A DNA stretch of 64,000 bases from Octopus vulgaris (GCA_951406725.2 OX597822.1:13764001-13828000), one strand, 5' to 3'; shown: positions 1 through 13,221, counted from the stretch's first letter. A program made the numbers and translations. Notes: generated by a model from the sequence alone, not told the origin.

Positions 1-51
<51 letters not shown>

Positions 52-420
52 GTCCGTCTGTCTGTCTGTATGTCTATGTACGTATGTCTGCCTCCACACG
101 TTTAAATATGTCTTCATTGTTATTTACATAATATAATTTCGATAAATGTAGAATTCCAGCTGCCTATACATTTTTGCAGCAAATGGTTTTAAAAACACAT
201 TGACGCGTTGCTGTTGCTGTTGTTGATGATAATGGTGATGGTGATTGTGACATGGCGGTGGTGGTGATGGTGATATGGCGGTGGTGCTGTTGCTGGTGCT
301 AGTGCTTTTGGCGCTGTTGGTGACTAGTGATGACGATGATGATGACGAAGAGGATGATGATGATGAGGTGGGCAGAAGAGGGGGATGAGAGCCTACCGCT
401 CGAGTCCTTACCTGCCTTTT

Positions 421-458
<38 letters not shown>

Positions 459-729
459 AGTGTATCTAACACATCTTTATTCAATGTGTTCAACCGTTAT
501 TTATTGTAATAGGATATGACAGGAGGTTTAGCTGTTATTTCTAGTGACAACATCGAGGAGGGTCCTTTACTTTTATATTAGTTTCTCGTTTGTTTTATGT
601 ACCAATTTAATTACAGTTCACCAATTATTGGGTTGGAGGAATCGTTTTTTGTGTCTATGGGTGCTGTATGACGATATTAATGTCATAATACGACGCCAGA
701 GAAAAGAAAATCATATTTTTATAGATGTG

Positions 730-1162
730 GATGTGTGGTAAGAAGTTGGCTCCCAACCACAAGATCCCGGGCTCAATCTCAATGCGTGGAACCTTGCGCA
801 AGTGTCTTATACTACAGCCGTCCAAACCTTATGAGTGGATTTGGTAGACGGAAACTGAAAGAAGCCTGTCGTATATGTATAAATAAGTGTGTGTATGTAT
901 GTATGTACATACATAGTTATGTATGTACATACGTAGTTATGTAAGTATATATGTACGTAACATACATGTATACATGCATACATGCATACAAGCATATCTG
1001 TGTGTGTTTTTGTGTGCTTTTGTCTCTCACCACTGCTTGACAACCGGTGTTGCTGTGTTTACGTCCTCATTGTTTTGCAGTTCGTCAAAGGAAACTGATA
1101 GAATAATTACTGATATAATGAGTACTGCGATCGATTCATTCGGCCAAAATTTCTTTAAGGCA
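730..1162 (+). mobile_element. Degenerate tRNA-derived SINE, family B (head ggcgcaggagtggctgtgtggtaag; octopus OK/OR-type, exact family name not assigned)
   Basis: gtgtggtaagaagttggctcccaaccac...gagtggatttggtagacggaaactgaaagaagcc, internal microsatellite, ...cttgacaaccggtgttg; matches the full copy at 53076-53446. Confidence 0.8.
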
Positions 1163-1214
1163 GTTCTATCTATCACTCGATTTCTCTGTCTCTGTCGGTC
1201 TCTCTGTCTATCTA

Positions 1215-1341
<127 letters not shown>

Positions 1342-1408
1342 CTCTATCTATCTATCTATATATCTACCATTTTAGCTATTTGTATCGATATTTCTATATC
1401 AATCTTCA

Positions 1409-1600
1409 GACGGTGAGCTGGCAGAATCGTTACCACGCTGGACAAAATGCTTCACGTTCTAAGTTCAAAATCTGTCGAGGTTGACTTTGCCTTTCATCTT
1501 TTCGGGGTCGATCAAATAAGCACCCGTGGAACGCTGGGGTCGATGTCATTGCCTTACACCTTCCCGAAATTGCTGGCTTCGTGCCAAAATTTAAAACCAA
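1409..1600 (+). mobile_element. Degenerate SINE, family A (head aaggcggcgagctggcagaa)
   Basis: gagctggcagaatcgtt...gaggttgactttgcctttcatcttttcggggtcgat matches other family A copies. Confidence 0.8.
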
Positions 1601-1686
1601 TATCTATATTAAACTATTTATCTGTTCATCTATCTATCAAAAGATCTAATCATTCTGTTTATCTATCTCTCTGTCCCATTGTGTGA

Positions 1687-1722
<36 letters not shown>

Positions 1723-1727
<5 letters not shown>

Positions 1728-1903
1728 AAATTTACAACAGAACAAAGCACGAAGACGGGTGTGTAAACAACAAACAGATGTATTAGTTTAACGCTAGGGA
1801 AGTGAGAAAGTCTTTTGCGTTTCGAGCCTACGCTCTTCGACAGAAAGGAACACAGAAATAAACAGGGAGAGAAAACAGAAAAAGGTTCAGTGGCTAGCAA
1901 TCT

Positions 1904-1908
<5 letters not shown>
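1723..1908 (-). mobile_element. Non-coding element between (TA)n tracts with a hammerhead-like motif (Penelope-like pLTR fragment)
   Basis: Flanked by (TA)n on both sides; homologous to 14012-14205; minus strand cttt-CTGTCGA-a-GAGC-gtag-GCTC-GAAAC-gca-aaag at 1812-1847. Confidence 0.6.
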
Positions 1909-1957
<49 letters not shown>

Positions 1958-3815
1958 TAACTTTTCTTTTTTTTTTCAATCAACTAAATGAACACATTAT
2001 CCCACAAAAGAGTGTCAAAGTGTACACAAATCTGGAATATATAAATGACGTCATGTATTGTGAATCATGGATAAAAAGCCCTAAGAGGATTAGCGATAGT
2101 AAAGATTGATCTGGAATAGTCAGTAATGACCTCAATGTAGTAATCACATCTATCGAATGACCCCATAATATAACTTTCTAGATTTGCTATAGAAAACGAA
2201 TTGGTATGTGTGTATGAGTGCTAGACAAGAAGTTGACAGAAAGCTGACTAAAAGGGACAGAAACCAAGATATGAATAAGGTTTATAGAATGTCTATTGGA
2301 AGCAACATTTTTTAAAGCAATGTATAATATGGGAATATACCATTATTAAATGAAGCCATCAACCACTGCCGACTCAAGGTTGTGTGAATCTGTTAGAAAT
2401 GTTGAGTGTAGCCAAATATGGCATTAGTCAAACAAAATCTTATTGCTTCACGTTTGTCTTCCTCTGTAAAATGGTTTGTTAGGTGTGCAACGGAAGTTCG
2501 CGGTGCTCCTGTTCGTGTTTCGAACATTCTGAAAAAAAAGACCCCTTACCTTATATTTTCATGATATTTTAAAATAAAAATTATGGTTAACAAGAGATGA
2601 TTTGGAAATAAACTAAACGGATCAACTTCCTCGACAGAAGATTTGTTGGCTTGTGCTAAATATAATTTAAAAATTACTATAAAAGATGTTTTTAACCAGA
2701 AAAAAAAAAATCAAGCCGATATAGAGTGCATAAGGTCCAGTTTGATAACTGAATCTCCGTTTACTAAAAGTGAAGAACGAAAAAATTCTAAATATTAAAA
2801 CTAGAAAAAATAGGCGGGAAAAAGGCAACATAGGGGAAGGGAACCACGTATTTGAAAATTCACCGAAGCCAGTTGCATTATATAAACTTATTGACGTGTT
2901 TACATTTGCTGAAAGTTTCCGATTTAGCATTGAAATATTATCCTAATGTGAGTGAGGTTTTCAGATTATTTTGTAAGTAATGTAAAGGTCACGCATTTAC
3001 ATAAGGCCTGTATCTTTCATTAACCATACAGATCTTATTATGTTTAGCTTTGTCATTCATCCTTTCGGTGCCGATGAAAAAGTACTGATCCATGGCGCCA
3101 AATTAGCGAACCAACAGAACCTCGAAGCGGATGCCTTCCGGTGTTTCTTCATTTTGTTTGCTGTTCAATTTCAAATCCCCTCACTGCTTACATTTGCTGG
3201 CAAATTCACTCGGTTTCCCACCACCATCTGACCGTTCGGATGTCTTCAGCAGATTGATTCTACTCTGTTGCGAGCATTCGGATCAGAACTCCGACTATTC
3301 TCAAAAATCCTGTAAATGGATCATGAGTGTCTCCTTTCCTTCCGACTATAAGATTTAAAAAAACGTTGTATTGCATTACGTTTCTCAATGACGTGGGAGG
3401 GAAGGGTGCGAACTACAAGTTGGTGCCAAGTTTTGAGTTTGCTGATTTAACCTCGGCTTCGTATATAACGGCCTCTGCATTTCAGGATCCATTCAGCGGA
3501 AAGTAACGATTGCGACTGCATGTTGGGGAGGCATATGTGACTCAAACAGCTTAATGTGAGTAGTGCAAGAGAAACTAATTTTATAGTTATGTCCACTGAA
3601 AAGTTTGACACTATCTGTGACCAGGGGGAAAGTGCTGGTCTATCAAACTCAAAGCATTTTGCTGGAAAACACGTGGAGCCAGATTCCGACGCACACGTAC
3701 ATATACATATATAAATAAATACACCCACAAAACACACACACAAGATTGCCGTCCCGTGACGTAATGTAAATAAGTATGTGGTATGTGGTATGTATATATA
3801 TATATATATATACTT

Positions 3816-4047
3816 AAGGCGGCGAGCTGGCAGAAACGCTAGCGCGCCGGGCGAAATGCTTAGTGGTATTTCGTCTGTCGTTGTGTTCTGAGTTCAAATT
3901 CCGCCGAGGTCGACTTTGCCTTTCATCCTTTCTGGGTCGATAAATAAAGTACCAGTTTCGCACTGGGGTCTATGTAATCGACTTAATCCCTTAGTCTGTC
4001 CTTGTTTGTCCCCTCTGTGTTTAGCACCTTGTGGGTAGTAAAGAAAT
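3816..4047 (+). mobile_element. SINE family A
   Basis: tRNA-like head with B-box gagttcaaattcc; tail ttagcaccttgtgggtagtaaagaaa. Confidence 0.9.
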
Positions 4048-4594
4048 TTATATATATATATATATACATGAACCCACACTAACCTAAACAAACACCAATT
4101 ATCATCTAAAATTGATTGTTTGTATATTTTTGTCTTATCAGTTAATTAGTTTATTTAGCTGACTCCACACTGTTTTCTTTCTTTCCTTCCATTTTCTATA
4201 ATTTTTTTAACATCCCAGTTATGAACTATTCTCATCCGATGTTATTTTATCTTCTGGTTGTTGTTGTTGTTGTTGTTCTTGTTGTTGTTGTCGTTCTTGT
4301 AGTCATTGTTCTTTGGTACAAAATCCTTGAAAACTGAGTACATACGAACTGAATCAGCAGTTGGTTGTGCAGACGTTTCTGACATTACAGCCTGGTGGAT
4401 TATTATGTGATTGCATTATGAAGATGCTTGCATGTGATTGCAGTGAAATTGGTTGCGAACTACTATTTAATGGCTCACGCATTAGTTTCTTCTCGTCTAG
4501 ATAATACACACACACACACATATATATGTGAAACTTAGAGTAACAGGTTTTGTTGAATTTTCTGCTGCTTTTAAATAAAGTATATATATATATA

Positions 4595-4978
4595 TCTCTC
4601 TATATATAAACGGCAGTTTGTCTGTGCGTGTTTCTGTGTGTCTGTTTGCTTGTACCCTCACCCTGACCACGGCTTTCAACCGATTCTGATGAAACTTGAC
4701 ACACACATAGCCCAATGTCATAATTCAAAACTAACGCAGCGAAAATTTTGAAAAGTTCCCCCAGTTCTGAAAAGAATCGATAAATTCCACATAGGGTCGA
4801 GAATCAGAAACATGAACCACAAACTGTCTAGGGGACGCAACTCCACCTTTTTTAAATCTCAAAAAAAATTTACCATCATTTTTTCCCATCTTTTTGCTAT
4901 TTTTTGGCTATAACTCTCTAAAAATGCTTTATAGTTATTTCCCTTACAAACCTGAGCAACGCCGGGCGATACCGCTAG
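4595..4978 (+). mobile_element. Non-autonomous Helitron
   Basis: Starts TC after A, ends CTAG before T, GC-rich subterminal hairpin cctgagcaacgccggg; 3' end shared with 25097-25489 and 26393-26769. Confidence 0.75.
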
Positions 4979-6181
4979 TATATGTATAAAAATTATATAT
5001 AAAAATACAAAATGGTACAAGAACGCAAAACACACAAAGAGACGACACAAAAAACGGACGGGTCATTCGAAGCCTCTAATCTTCAGTCAGGAACCGAATC
5101 ATCCTAGCAATTTCGGCTGATTAATCCTGATATCGCTCCGATCCGGCCAGCCCCAAGGAAAAACTAAGCTGCAAGCATTAGATTTCTAGGTAAAAGTATC
5201 GAACGTATACGAAACAAGGAGAGAAAAACGGACGATGCCACACGAATATAAATACAAGAAACAAAAATAAATAACAAGAATAGTAATAACAGGACAAAAA
5301 CAGCGGTTGTCTTACGACTTTAGACAGTTTAACTTATCTTAGCTGGCGTATTTTGAAATGAATGCCTTTGCGGCAGACGATATATATATATTATGTGTGT
5401 GCGTGTATATATACATAAATGTATGTGTATATATATATATATATATATATGTTAATAAAATATATGCATATATATAAACATATATGTACGTACCTACCTC
5501 TACATGTACATATACACGCATATATGTGTACAGGACACCAAAAAGACGTCGAACACATAGAGAGACGAAAAACATAGACACAAACCAAGGAACAAGACAG
5601 GCAAAAAAAGAGAGATACAGGACAATAAGCACAACGAAAAATCCCCTTCTTCAGTCGCTAAAGTTTCATCTACTAAACGTTTCGAAGGATAAAAGCGAGA
5701 CGTATACTTCGAATGAAAAATTCCTTCCTGCGAAAAGCAAATCAATTAAAATTCTGAGATCTTTTCGCAGAGGGGTAAAAAAAGCAAGACGGTAACGACA
5801 GTACAAACATATAAACAGTAAAAATATATATATATACAAGAAAGTATACAAGAAAGTGTGAATATGTCCTCTCGAACTGGTCTAACGACCCTCCATGTTT
5901 GTTTTCTTTCGGTTTCCTTGTGTCTCCACTGTTCTGTTTTTGTTCCCAACTTTGACCCTCTATGAATCCTAAATTTTATTCTAGAATTTATGATAGCAAC
6001 TGTCTTTGAAGACTCATATTGTCGTTGAATGCTCGAAATGAGGAGTAGATAGACAGCAGATGAAGGGTCCTCTCTCTGTGTTTACTTGTCCTGTTTTCCA
6101 TTTGCTCTCTCGTTGTTTACGTATTTCAAGTTGTTTGCACAGTTGGTGACGTCCGTACCCATATATGCATATATATGCAGT

Positions 6182-6294
<113 letters not shown>

Positions 6295-7019
6295 TGACAG
6301 ACAGACAGATATATTTAGATAAAGAAATATTTCCCTTTTTAAACAATTATACTTTAGGAGGTTATTTCAACAAGGCTGAAATACGAATACAATTTTCTAT
6401 AATTATAACCTAAATTTAAGCACTTATTTATACATTTTGGCCATACAAGTTTTTTTGTTTACCCCGCATTATAATTTTCGCATTTATATGTACGAAAACG
6501 AAAGATCACCAATGAGGTTAAACTGGAACAACAGCAATATTCACTTCTGCATAATAGTAAATTCAGCTAATCTTATGTGATGGGAGATGTGTCTACAGAG
6601 AAAATTAGGTCAGCTCTGTTTCGTAAGTTCAAAATTAGTTCAAAATAATATGTTCCATGAGTATGTTCCTCTCCTCGCTCAAACGGAAGCCAGGAAAACC
6701 GAAGAGATATTAGATCAGGGGTTCTCAACCATTTTTTAATCTATGGAACACTTTGATAACTGTTCTACTTTGCTGGACCCCAATAGCCATTCTATGTTTA
6801 AAATCTAGTTTTATAGAAACTTCTTTCAAAATTCTTATCTTGTTTTTCACACATTAACTGGTATAGGTAGAACTACGTAAAACGTTAGAGAAAGATTCCT
6901 TGCTGTTTCTTTCAATACATACTTATAAATATATCGAAAGTAAAATATTTTTAGAATTATGGAGATGTACCTTCATAGCAAGTGACTTGATCTGAGATCG
7001 TGTGCTGGAACGAAAACAA

Positions 7020-7301
7020 TTGCAGCGTGGAAGGTGTTACTAAGCCATTTTAAGAAACACACAAAAACCGTTAGACTCACTTCAACATTTAAATTTAATT
7101 TGTCAAAATATTTTCGTCGCTTTGAGACCGCGACCTGTTCACTGACAAAACTGTTCACTGACAGCACGAAGTTTTGTCAGTGAACAGGTCGCGGTCTCAA
7201 AGCGACGAAAATATTTTGACAAATTAAATTTAAATGTTGAAGTGAGTCTAACGGTTTTTGTGTGTTTCTTAAATGGCTTATAAACACCTTCCACGCTGCA
7301 A
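7020..7301. repeat. Long near-perfect inverted repeat (arms 7020-7152 and 7170-7301)
   Basis: Arms are reverse complements with a few differences; 17-bp spacer repeats gttcactgaca. Confidence 0.95.
7173..7223 (+). ncRNA. Putative minimal type-I hammerhead ribozyme, G3-C8 core variant (mirror copy on the minus strand in the left arm)
   Basis: Stem I tttgtca/tgacaaa; core GTGAACA(g); stem II gtcgc/gcgac; GAAA; palindromic stem III AATATT; H17=U. Confidence 0.55.
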
Positions 7302-8179
7302 AATAATATTGTGTGTCCCCAATTTATTATTTTGATGCGTGGACACCCCCAAAATTTTATATGAACCCTTAGGGGCCATATGGTTCCTAGTTGAGAACCC
7401 CCATATTAGACAGAGAATCATTTACCAAAATTATAGCGGCCATATTGTTTGTCTTCGTGTTGTTAAAGAATTCAGAGACTGAGAATAGGAATGGACGATT
7501 GACATTATTGTGGTACAGATGAAACGAATGGGTAAAGCTGTTTGGGCAATGTTTAGGATATGGCACAGACGAACACGACTGAAAAAGAATACCTCCACCT
7601 TCGCTAAGGCGGAGGTAATAAGTAAATATTGATACTAATAATAAGTACTGGGGTTGATTCGTTCAACTAAAATTCTTCAAGGCGCTGCCCCAGCATGGCC
7701 GCAGCATAATGACTGAAACAAGTAAAAGATAAGAGGGTGGGAGGGATGAAAGAGAGATTATAATTTTCTAATTCAACACGTTTGATATAAACACTTTCCC
7801 TCAGGGATTCACATCTGCAGAGCAAGTAACCTCTCAGGCCGTACAAGACATTTTCCGAGTATGTTATATTCGCACCTGGTAGAAGTTTTGATAGGGATAT
7901 CTCACGAATAGTGCTCACATGGATTCCTTAACAGATGAGTGGCTTTTATTTACCCCAGGACAGTCTTTTGCGTACATTAAATTGGATCGTTTTAACAATT
8001 GTTTCATGCCGCAGAGCGCGGCACTCCGCGGGTGACATGTGTTGGACGGTTGTTAAATATGTATATTATGCCCTCTACAGAAAAATGGTTCAATCGATAT
8101 TTGAGGTTACAACCAAAGATTTTGATGGGCCTTTTAAGATTTTAAGAAGTATATATGTATATGCGCACGCAGACACACA

Positions 8180-8214
<35 letters not shown>

Positions 8215-8216
<2 letters not shown>

Positions 8217-8314
8217 GTGGTTTTATCTCTAATTTAATTTATATTTATACTGTTAAATTTGATTTAATCCTAAATCTAATTTTTCCCTGTAAGTTTGGAT
8301 ATACTCCCTAACAT

Positions 8315-8315
<1 letters not shown>
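8215..8315. repeat. Dispersed AT-rich repeat fragment inside (TA)n, homologous to 28320-28430
   Basis: Shared tagtggttttRtctctaat...gatttaatcctaaatct...cctgtaaRtttggat...ccctaa. Confidence 0.7.
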
Positions 8316-8357
<42 letters not shown>

Positions 8358-8610
8358 ATCTCTTTATATATATGTGTGTGTATGTGTGCGTATAGTATAT
8401 TTAGTGTATGTAGCCTGCTTGGAATAGGGTGTTCAACAGGTTCGGACGAAGTCACCCCGAGGCCGCTTATATGTGTATATATTGTATACATGCACAAGCA
8501 AATGCCAGGCAGGCAACTAATGATGTATCTATTTTAATAATTGAGAACCCCGTCGGTCGAAATCCTGGGTACGCCCGGGCATATGTACATCTATCTATCT
8601 ATCTACCTAA

Positions 8611-8684
<74 letters not shown>

Positions 8685-8702
8685 CTCTCTCTCTCTCTCT
8701 CT

Positions 8703-8752
<50 letters not shown>

Positions 8753-8957
8753 TATAAATGAATATATAAATATGTGCGCGCTTGTGTATGTGTGTGTGTG
8801 TTGTGTGTACGTATTTATGTGCCTATGTAGTTATAGTGACCGCGTTAACTTTACTCTTCATTTTTCAAATTAGGTATTAACATTTTTGCGGGACAGCTGT
8901 CTCAATATTTGTAAAATGCGTGATAGATAGATAAATAAACAGATACGGAGTTAGGTG

Positions 8958-8994
<37 letters not shown>

Positions 8995-9004
8995 TTAGGT
9001 AGAC

Positions 9005-9102
<98 letters not shown>

Positions 9103-9152
9103 GTAAAACTACTTGATAAACCTAAAACAGCGTGAGTTTATCTAAAACGTAT

Positions 9153-9190
<38 letters not shown>

Positions 9191-9515
9191 ACTTGTATGA
9201 GTGCATTTGAGCGTGTGCGAGGCTCCGTGTGTGCTTAAGCAAAAGATGATTATCTTTGTAAAGTAAAGTATCCGAATGTATGTTTGCACGTCAGCGAAAA
9301 TAAACCTTCGAATAAAATTAACAAAAGCAACATGTGTTTGTAAATATGAACATATTCGTTTTCTGTTTATTCCATTTAACTTTCCATATCTTTAATTTTC
9401 TGTTTGTGTTGCTGCGAGTGTGGCAAGAAGGCAAGAATTTCCACCCGAATTGTTTCTTTAGAGCTGCGCGGTTTCTTTCATGCCTCTGTTTATGTTCGTA
9501 TATTTTTGACGCTTG

Positions 9516-9750
9516 AGGGCTGCGAGCTAGCAGAACCGTTAGCACGCCGGGCGAAATGCGTAGCCGTATTTCGTCTGTCGTTACGTTCCCAGTTCAAATT
9601 CCGCCAAGGTCGACTTTGCCTTTCATCCTTTCGGGGTCGATAAATTAAGTACCAGTTACGCACTGGGGTCCATATAATCGACTTAATCCCTTTGTCTGTC
9701 CTTGTTTGTCCCCTCTGTGTTTAGCCCCCTGTGGGTAGTAAAAAAAAATA
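9516..9750 (+). mobile_element. SINE family A
   Basis: Near-identical to 3816-4047. Confidence 0.9.
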
Positions 9751-9837
9751 TTTTTCACGCTTGTTTACAGTGCAAATGTGTATGTGTGCGAATGAGTGTG
9801 CGTACATATATGTAACGAGTACTCTATTTTATCACTC

Positions 9838-10081
9838 TCCGTCGGTTACTCCACAGACACGTGTACCCTCAACGTAGTTCGCAGGGAGATTCAGCGTGAC
9901 ACAGAGCGTGACAAGGCTGGCCCTTTGTAATACAGGTACCACTCATTTATACCAGCTGACTGAACTGGAGCAACGTGAAATAAAGTGTCTTGCTCAAGGA
10001 CTCAACGCGTCGCCGGGAATTGAACTCACGACCTTACGTTCGTGAGTCGAAAGCCCTAACCTCTAAATCACGCGCCTTTAC
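9838..10081 (-). mobile_element. tRNA-derived SINE, family C (head gtgaaggcgcgtggcttagtggttag)
   Basis: Reverse complement of 33478-33760; core ttgagcaagacactttatttcacgttgctccag. Confidence 0.8.
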
Positions 10082-10344
10082 TTATTTTATCAAAGGATTA
10101 AAGATTTGACTCTGGTGGAATTTGAACTCTGAGGAAGAACTATCGCATGGCATTTTCTCCGACGTTTTATCATTCTATAATGATAATAATTCTTCCATGG
10201 GAACAAGGTTTGAAATTTTGGGGAGGAGGTAAGCTGGCGATGAAAACCAAAGTTCAATTCAGTGGGATTTGAGCTTTGAACAAGAAAAGCTCAAATAAAA
10301 ATACGCATGGTATTTCCTGCAACACCACCACTGTCTTAAGACAA

Positions 10345-10729
10345 TGGTTTCAAATTTTGCCACAAGGGTAGCCATTTTGGTGGAGGGGGGATAGTTGATT
10401 ACATCGATACAAGTGTTTCGCTGGTACTTTATTTATCGACCCCTAAAAGATAAAAGGCAAAGTCGACTACGGCGGAATTTGAATTCAGAATTTAACGGTA
10501 GACGAAGTATCTGTTTCTTAACTACCCACAAGGGGCTAAACATAGACAAGGACAGACAAACGGATTAAGTCGATTACATCGATCCCCAGTGCGTAACTGG
10601 TACTTAATTTATCGACCCCGAAAGGTTGAAAGGCAAAGTCGACTTCGGCAGAATTTGAACTCAGAACGTAACGGCAGACGAAATACCGCTCAGCCCGGCG
10701 TGCTAACGGTTCTGCCAGCTCGCCGCCTT
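10345..10729 (-). mobile_element. SINE family A, dimeric arrangement
   Basis: Two consecutive aaggcaaagtcgac...ggaatttgaa units ending ctgccagctcgccgcctt. Confidence 0.85.
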
Positions 10730-11081
10730 TATGCCGAGTTATTATTATACTATCTGTCTTCCATATTAGCTTTCTATTCGTAAATAACAAAGCCTTTCGC
10801 GTTTGTTTACGAATATTATATGTAAAATTAGACAGTTTAAGTATATATTTATTAAATTTGACTGAAACTGATGGGTGAGCATTCGGCCAATCAGATATGC
10901 AAGGAGCCGTGTAAGCGTTGATTTGCGGATTCGATTCTGTTTTTATTTTAAAATTGTCGCTTCAAATCGGAGAATAAACATTATTATTACGCTATATTAT
11001 TATACAGATATCATTATACAATGAGTCTTCTAAGCAGCTTTCTTTCTGTAACTTACAAAGCCTTTCGCGTTTGTTTACAAA

Positions 11082-11374
11082 TATATATATAAATAAATAA
11101 ATGGAGTTAAACGCAGGTGTTATTCAAATTCTTTACTTCCGACGCATGTTTCGAAGATATCACTGGTATTATTCCAAATAAAATGGTGTAAAACAATGTA
11201 ATCTTCTCTTCAATGTAATATTATTGACGAGTTTCATTTCTTCACTTCCCTGAAGAGAAGATTACACTGTTTTACACCTTTTTATTCCTTTGGTGATATC
11301 TTCAAAACATGTGTCGGAAGTAAAAGAATTTGAATAACACCTGCGTTTAACTCCATTTATTTATTTATATATAT
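11082..11374. repeat. Inverted repeat (arms about 11082-11212 and 11251-11374) bounded by short TA runs
   Basis: aaataaatggagttaaacgcaggtgttattcaaattc ... gaatttgaataacacctgcgtttaactccatttattt. Confidence 0.9.
11244..11321 (+). ncRNA. Putative type-I hammerhead ribozyme with extended stem II (G12A in this arm; the opposite arm retains GAAAC)
   Basis: Stem I acttcc/ggaagt; CTGAAGA 11250-11256; stem II gaagat/atcttc; aaaac-atgt-GTC; minus-strand arm reads atcttc-GAAAC-atgc-GTC-ggaag. Confidence 0.65.
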
Positions 11375-12740
11375 TATACAAAAACATTTCACATCAACTC
11401 GAAGTTTCTACCTTTAAAAACAAGGAGTTACAACCTTTTTACTTGTGTGATTTTTTGCTACCCTAGTAAGTATCTATCTATTTTTTCCGTGTTAATAAAC
11501 AAGGGAAAAATACACACATCTGTTTATATATACATACAAATGTGTGTGTGTGTGTGTGTGTGTGCATGCATTTATATATATATCAAAAGTCCGAATAAGC
11601 ACTAGAATTTATTATACTTAATGAAAAAATAGAAAAGTGCCCAGTGGTATTCGCGATGTGCCAGGCTAGTCTTTCGCCTTTAACTCCCTCAGTCACTAGA
11701 AAGACAATACTAGTCAGTTCCATTGACTACATATGTAAGTACTATCCATCCATCCATCCATCCATTCATACGCACACATAAATACGAAGACACTTAAGAT
11801 AGACAACATTCGTACGTTTCGCCAAAGGAAGAAGCATCCATATTATTTGTATCTGTCCTTATTTCCTCAACTACAATGGATAGGGCAGCAGCATGAAAGA
11901 ACACCCACACAACAACAGGAAGGTTCACGATGGTGGTGGTGGTGGTGGTGGTGATGATGATGGTGGTGACGACGACGATTTTATATCCTCTCATACTCTG
12001 ATGTCCACAGGCATGAGATGAGACAGTTGCACTGAAAGCTTCAACTTGATGGTCGGAATATTGATTAGGTGTATGAAAATGGATATGTGTTTGTGTGTGT
12101 ATGTGCGTGTATGTGTATCTATGTATATATATATTTTTTTTTCATGTATATGGATATGTATTTTCCCCTCTATGTATGTGTGTGTGTATATATATACATA
12201 CATACATGTGTATAGATACACACACATATATATATATATATATACATTGTTTAATAACATACATGCGCATACATACATGCGCACACATACACACATGATG
12301 CGCATACATACATGCGCACACATACACACATGATGCATATATATATATATAGACATCGTTTCTTGAAGTCCAAACGCTTAACACAAAGGAAATAAAACGG
12401 CAACAACAACAACCACAGCAATATGAAGAAATAGCGGAAACAGACTTTTGCGCCGGAAAAAATGACGAGGACTGAGATAGTGGTGGTGGTGGTGGTGGTG
12501 GTGGTGGTAATGGTGCTGCTGCTACTGCGGTTCTTGTTATTGTTTGGGATTTTGTATTATTATTTTTTTCCTTCTTCTGTCTTAAAAACAAGTTTCTTTC
12601 TTTTCTTTTTTCTCTTCGCGTGTTTGTTTCTGATCTTTGACGTTTCACCGACATGTCAGCTGGTCGTGTCAAAGATTTACACACACACAGAACATGTGTC
12701 CTCACATATATGCACACACTCATGTGTTTGTGTGTGTCTG

Positions 12741-12787
<47 letters not shown>

Positions 12788-13221
12788 GCCCATACACATA
12801 TATACACGCAGACAGACAGGCAGATAGACACATACACACACAGATAGGTAGAGAGATAGATGTTCTTTCATCGCTCTGTTTGTTTCAGTCTTTAGACTGT
12901 GTCAGACTGGAGCACCGCCTCGAAATATTTTTAGTCAATCATATCGACCTGGGTATATATACATTTTCCACTTGTATTGAGTTCGTATAGAACAATAACA
13001 TTTACAGATTCAGCAAAGAGTTTTCAAGTTATTCTCGTGGCTATTTTTACGATGTGAAATTATCCTGTCGTGTGTAATTTTTTGCTGAAGCTGAGTTTAG
13101 ATCTTTGAATTTTTCAAACGAAGTGTTTCAAATAAAATATGGGAAGAAAGAAAAAAAAAAGAAAGAAAAAGAGGACTAAAATATTGACATATTTTTGATA
13201 CAACATATCTGAAAAAAAAGT

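Larger units (their letters stand above)
6716..7403. mobile_element. hAT (Charlie-like) MITE containing a nested palindromic insertion
   Basis: TIRs caggggttctcaac / gttgagaacccc(ca); 8-bp TSD tattagat (6708-6715) / tattagac (7404-7411). Confidence 0.75.

Noticed and set aside
124-456. ORF with poly-S/P/H/Q resembling a transcription-factor low-complexity region
   Set aside because: Built from (GAT)/(GGT)/(GTT) and (CA) microsatellites; no domain or convincing splice context
2040-2400. RGLAIVKIDLE* resembling a LINE RT motif
   Set aside because: Too decayed to support without a search
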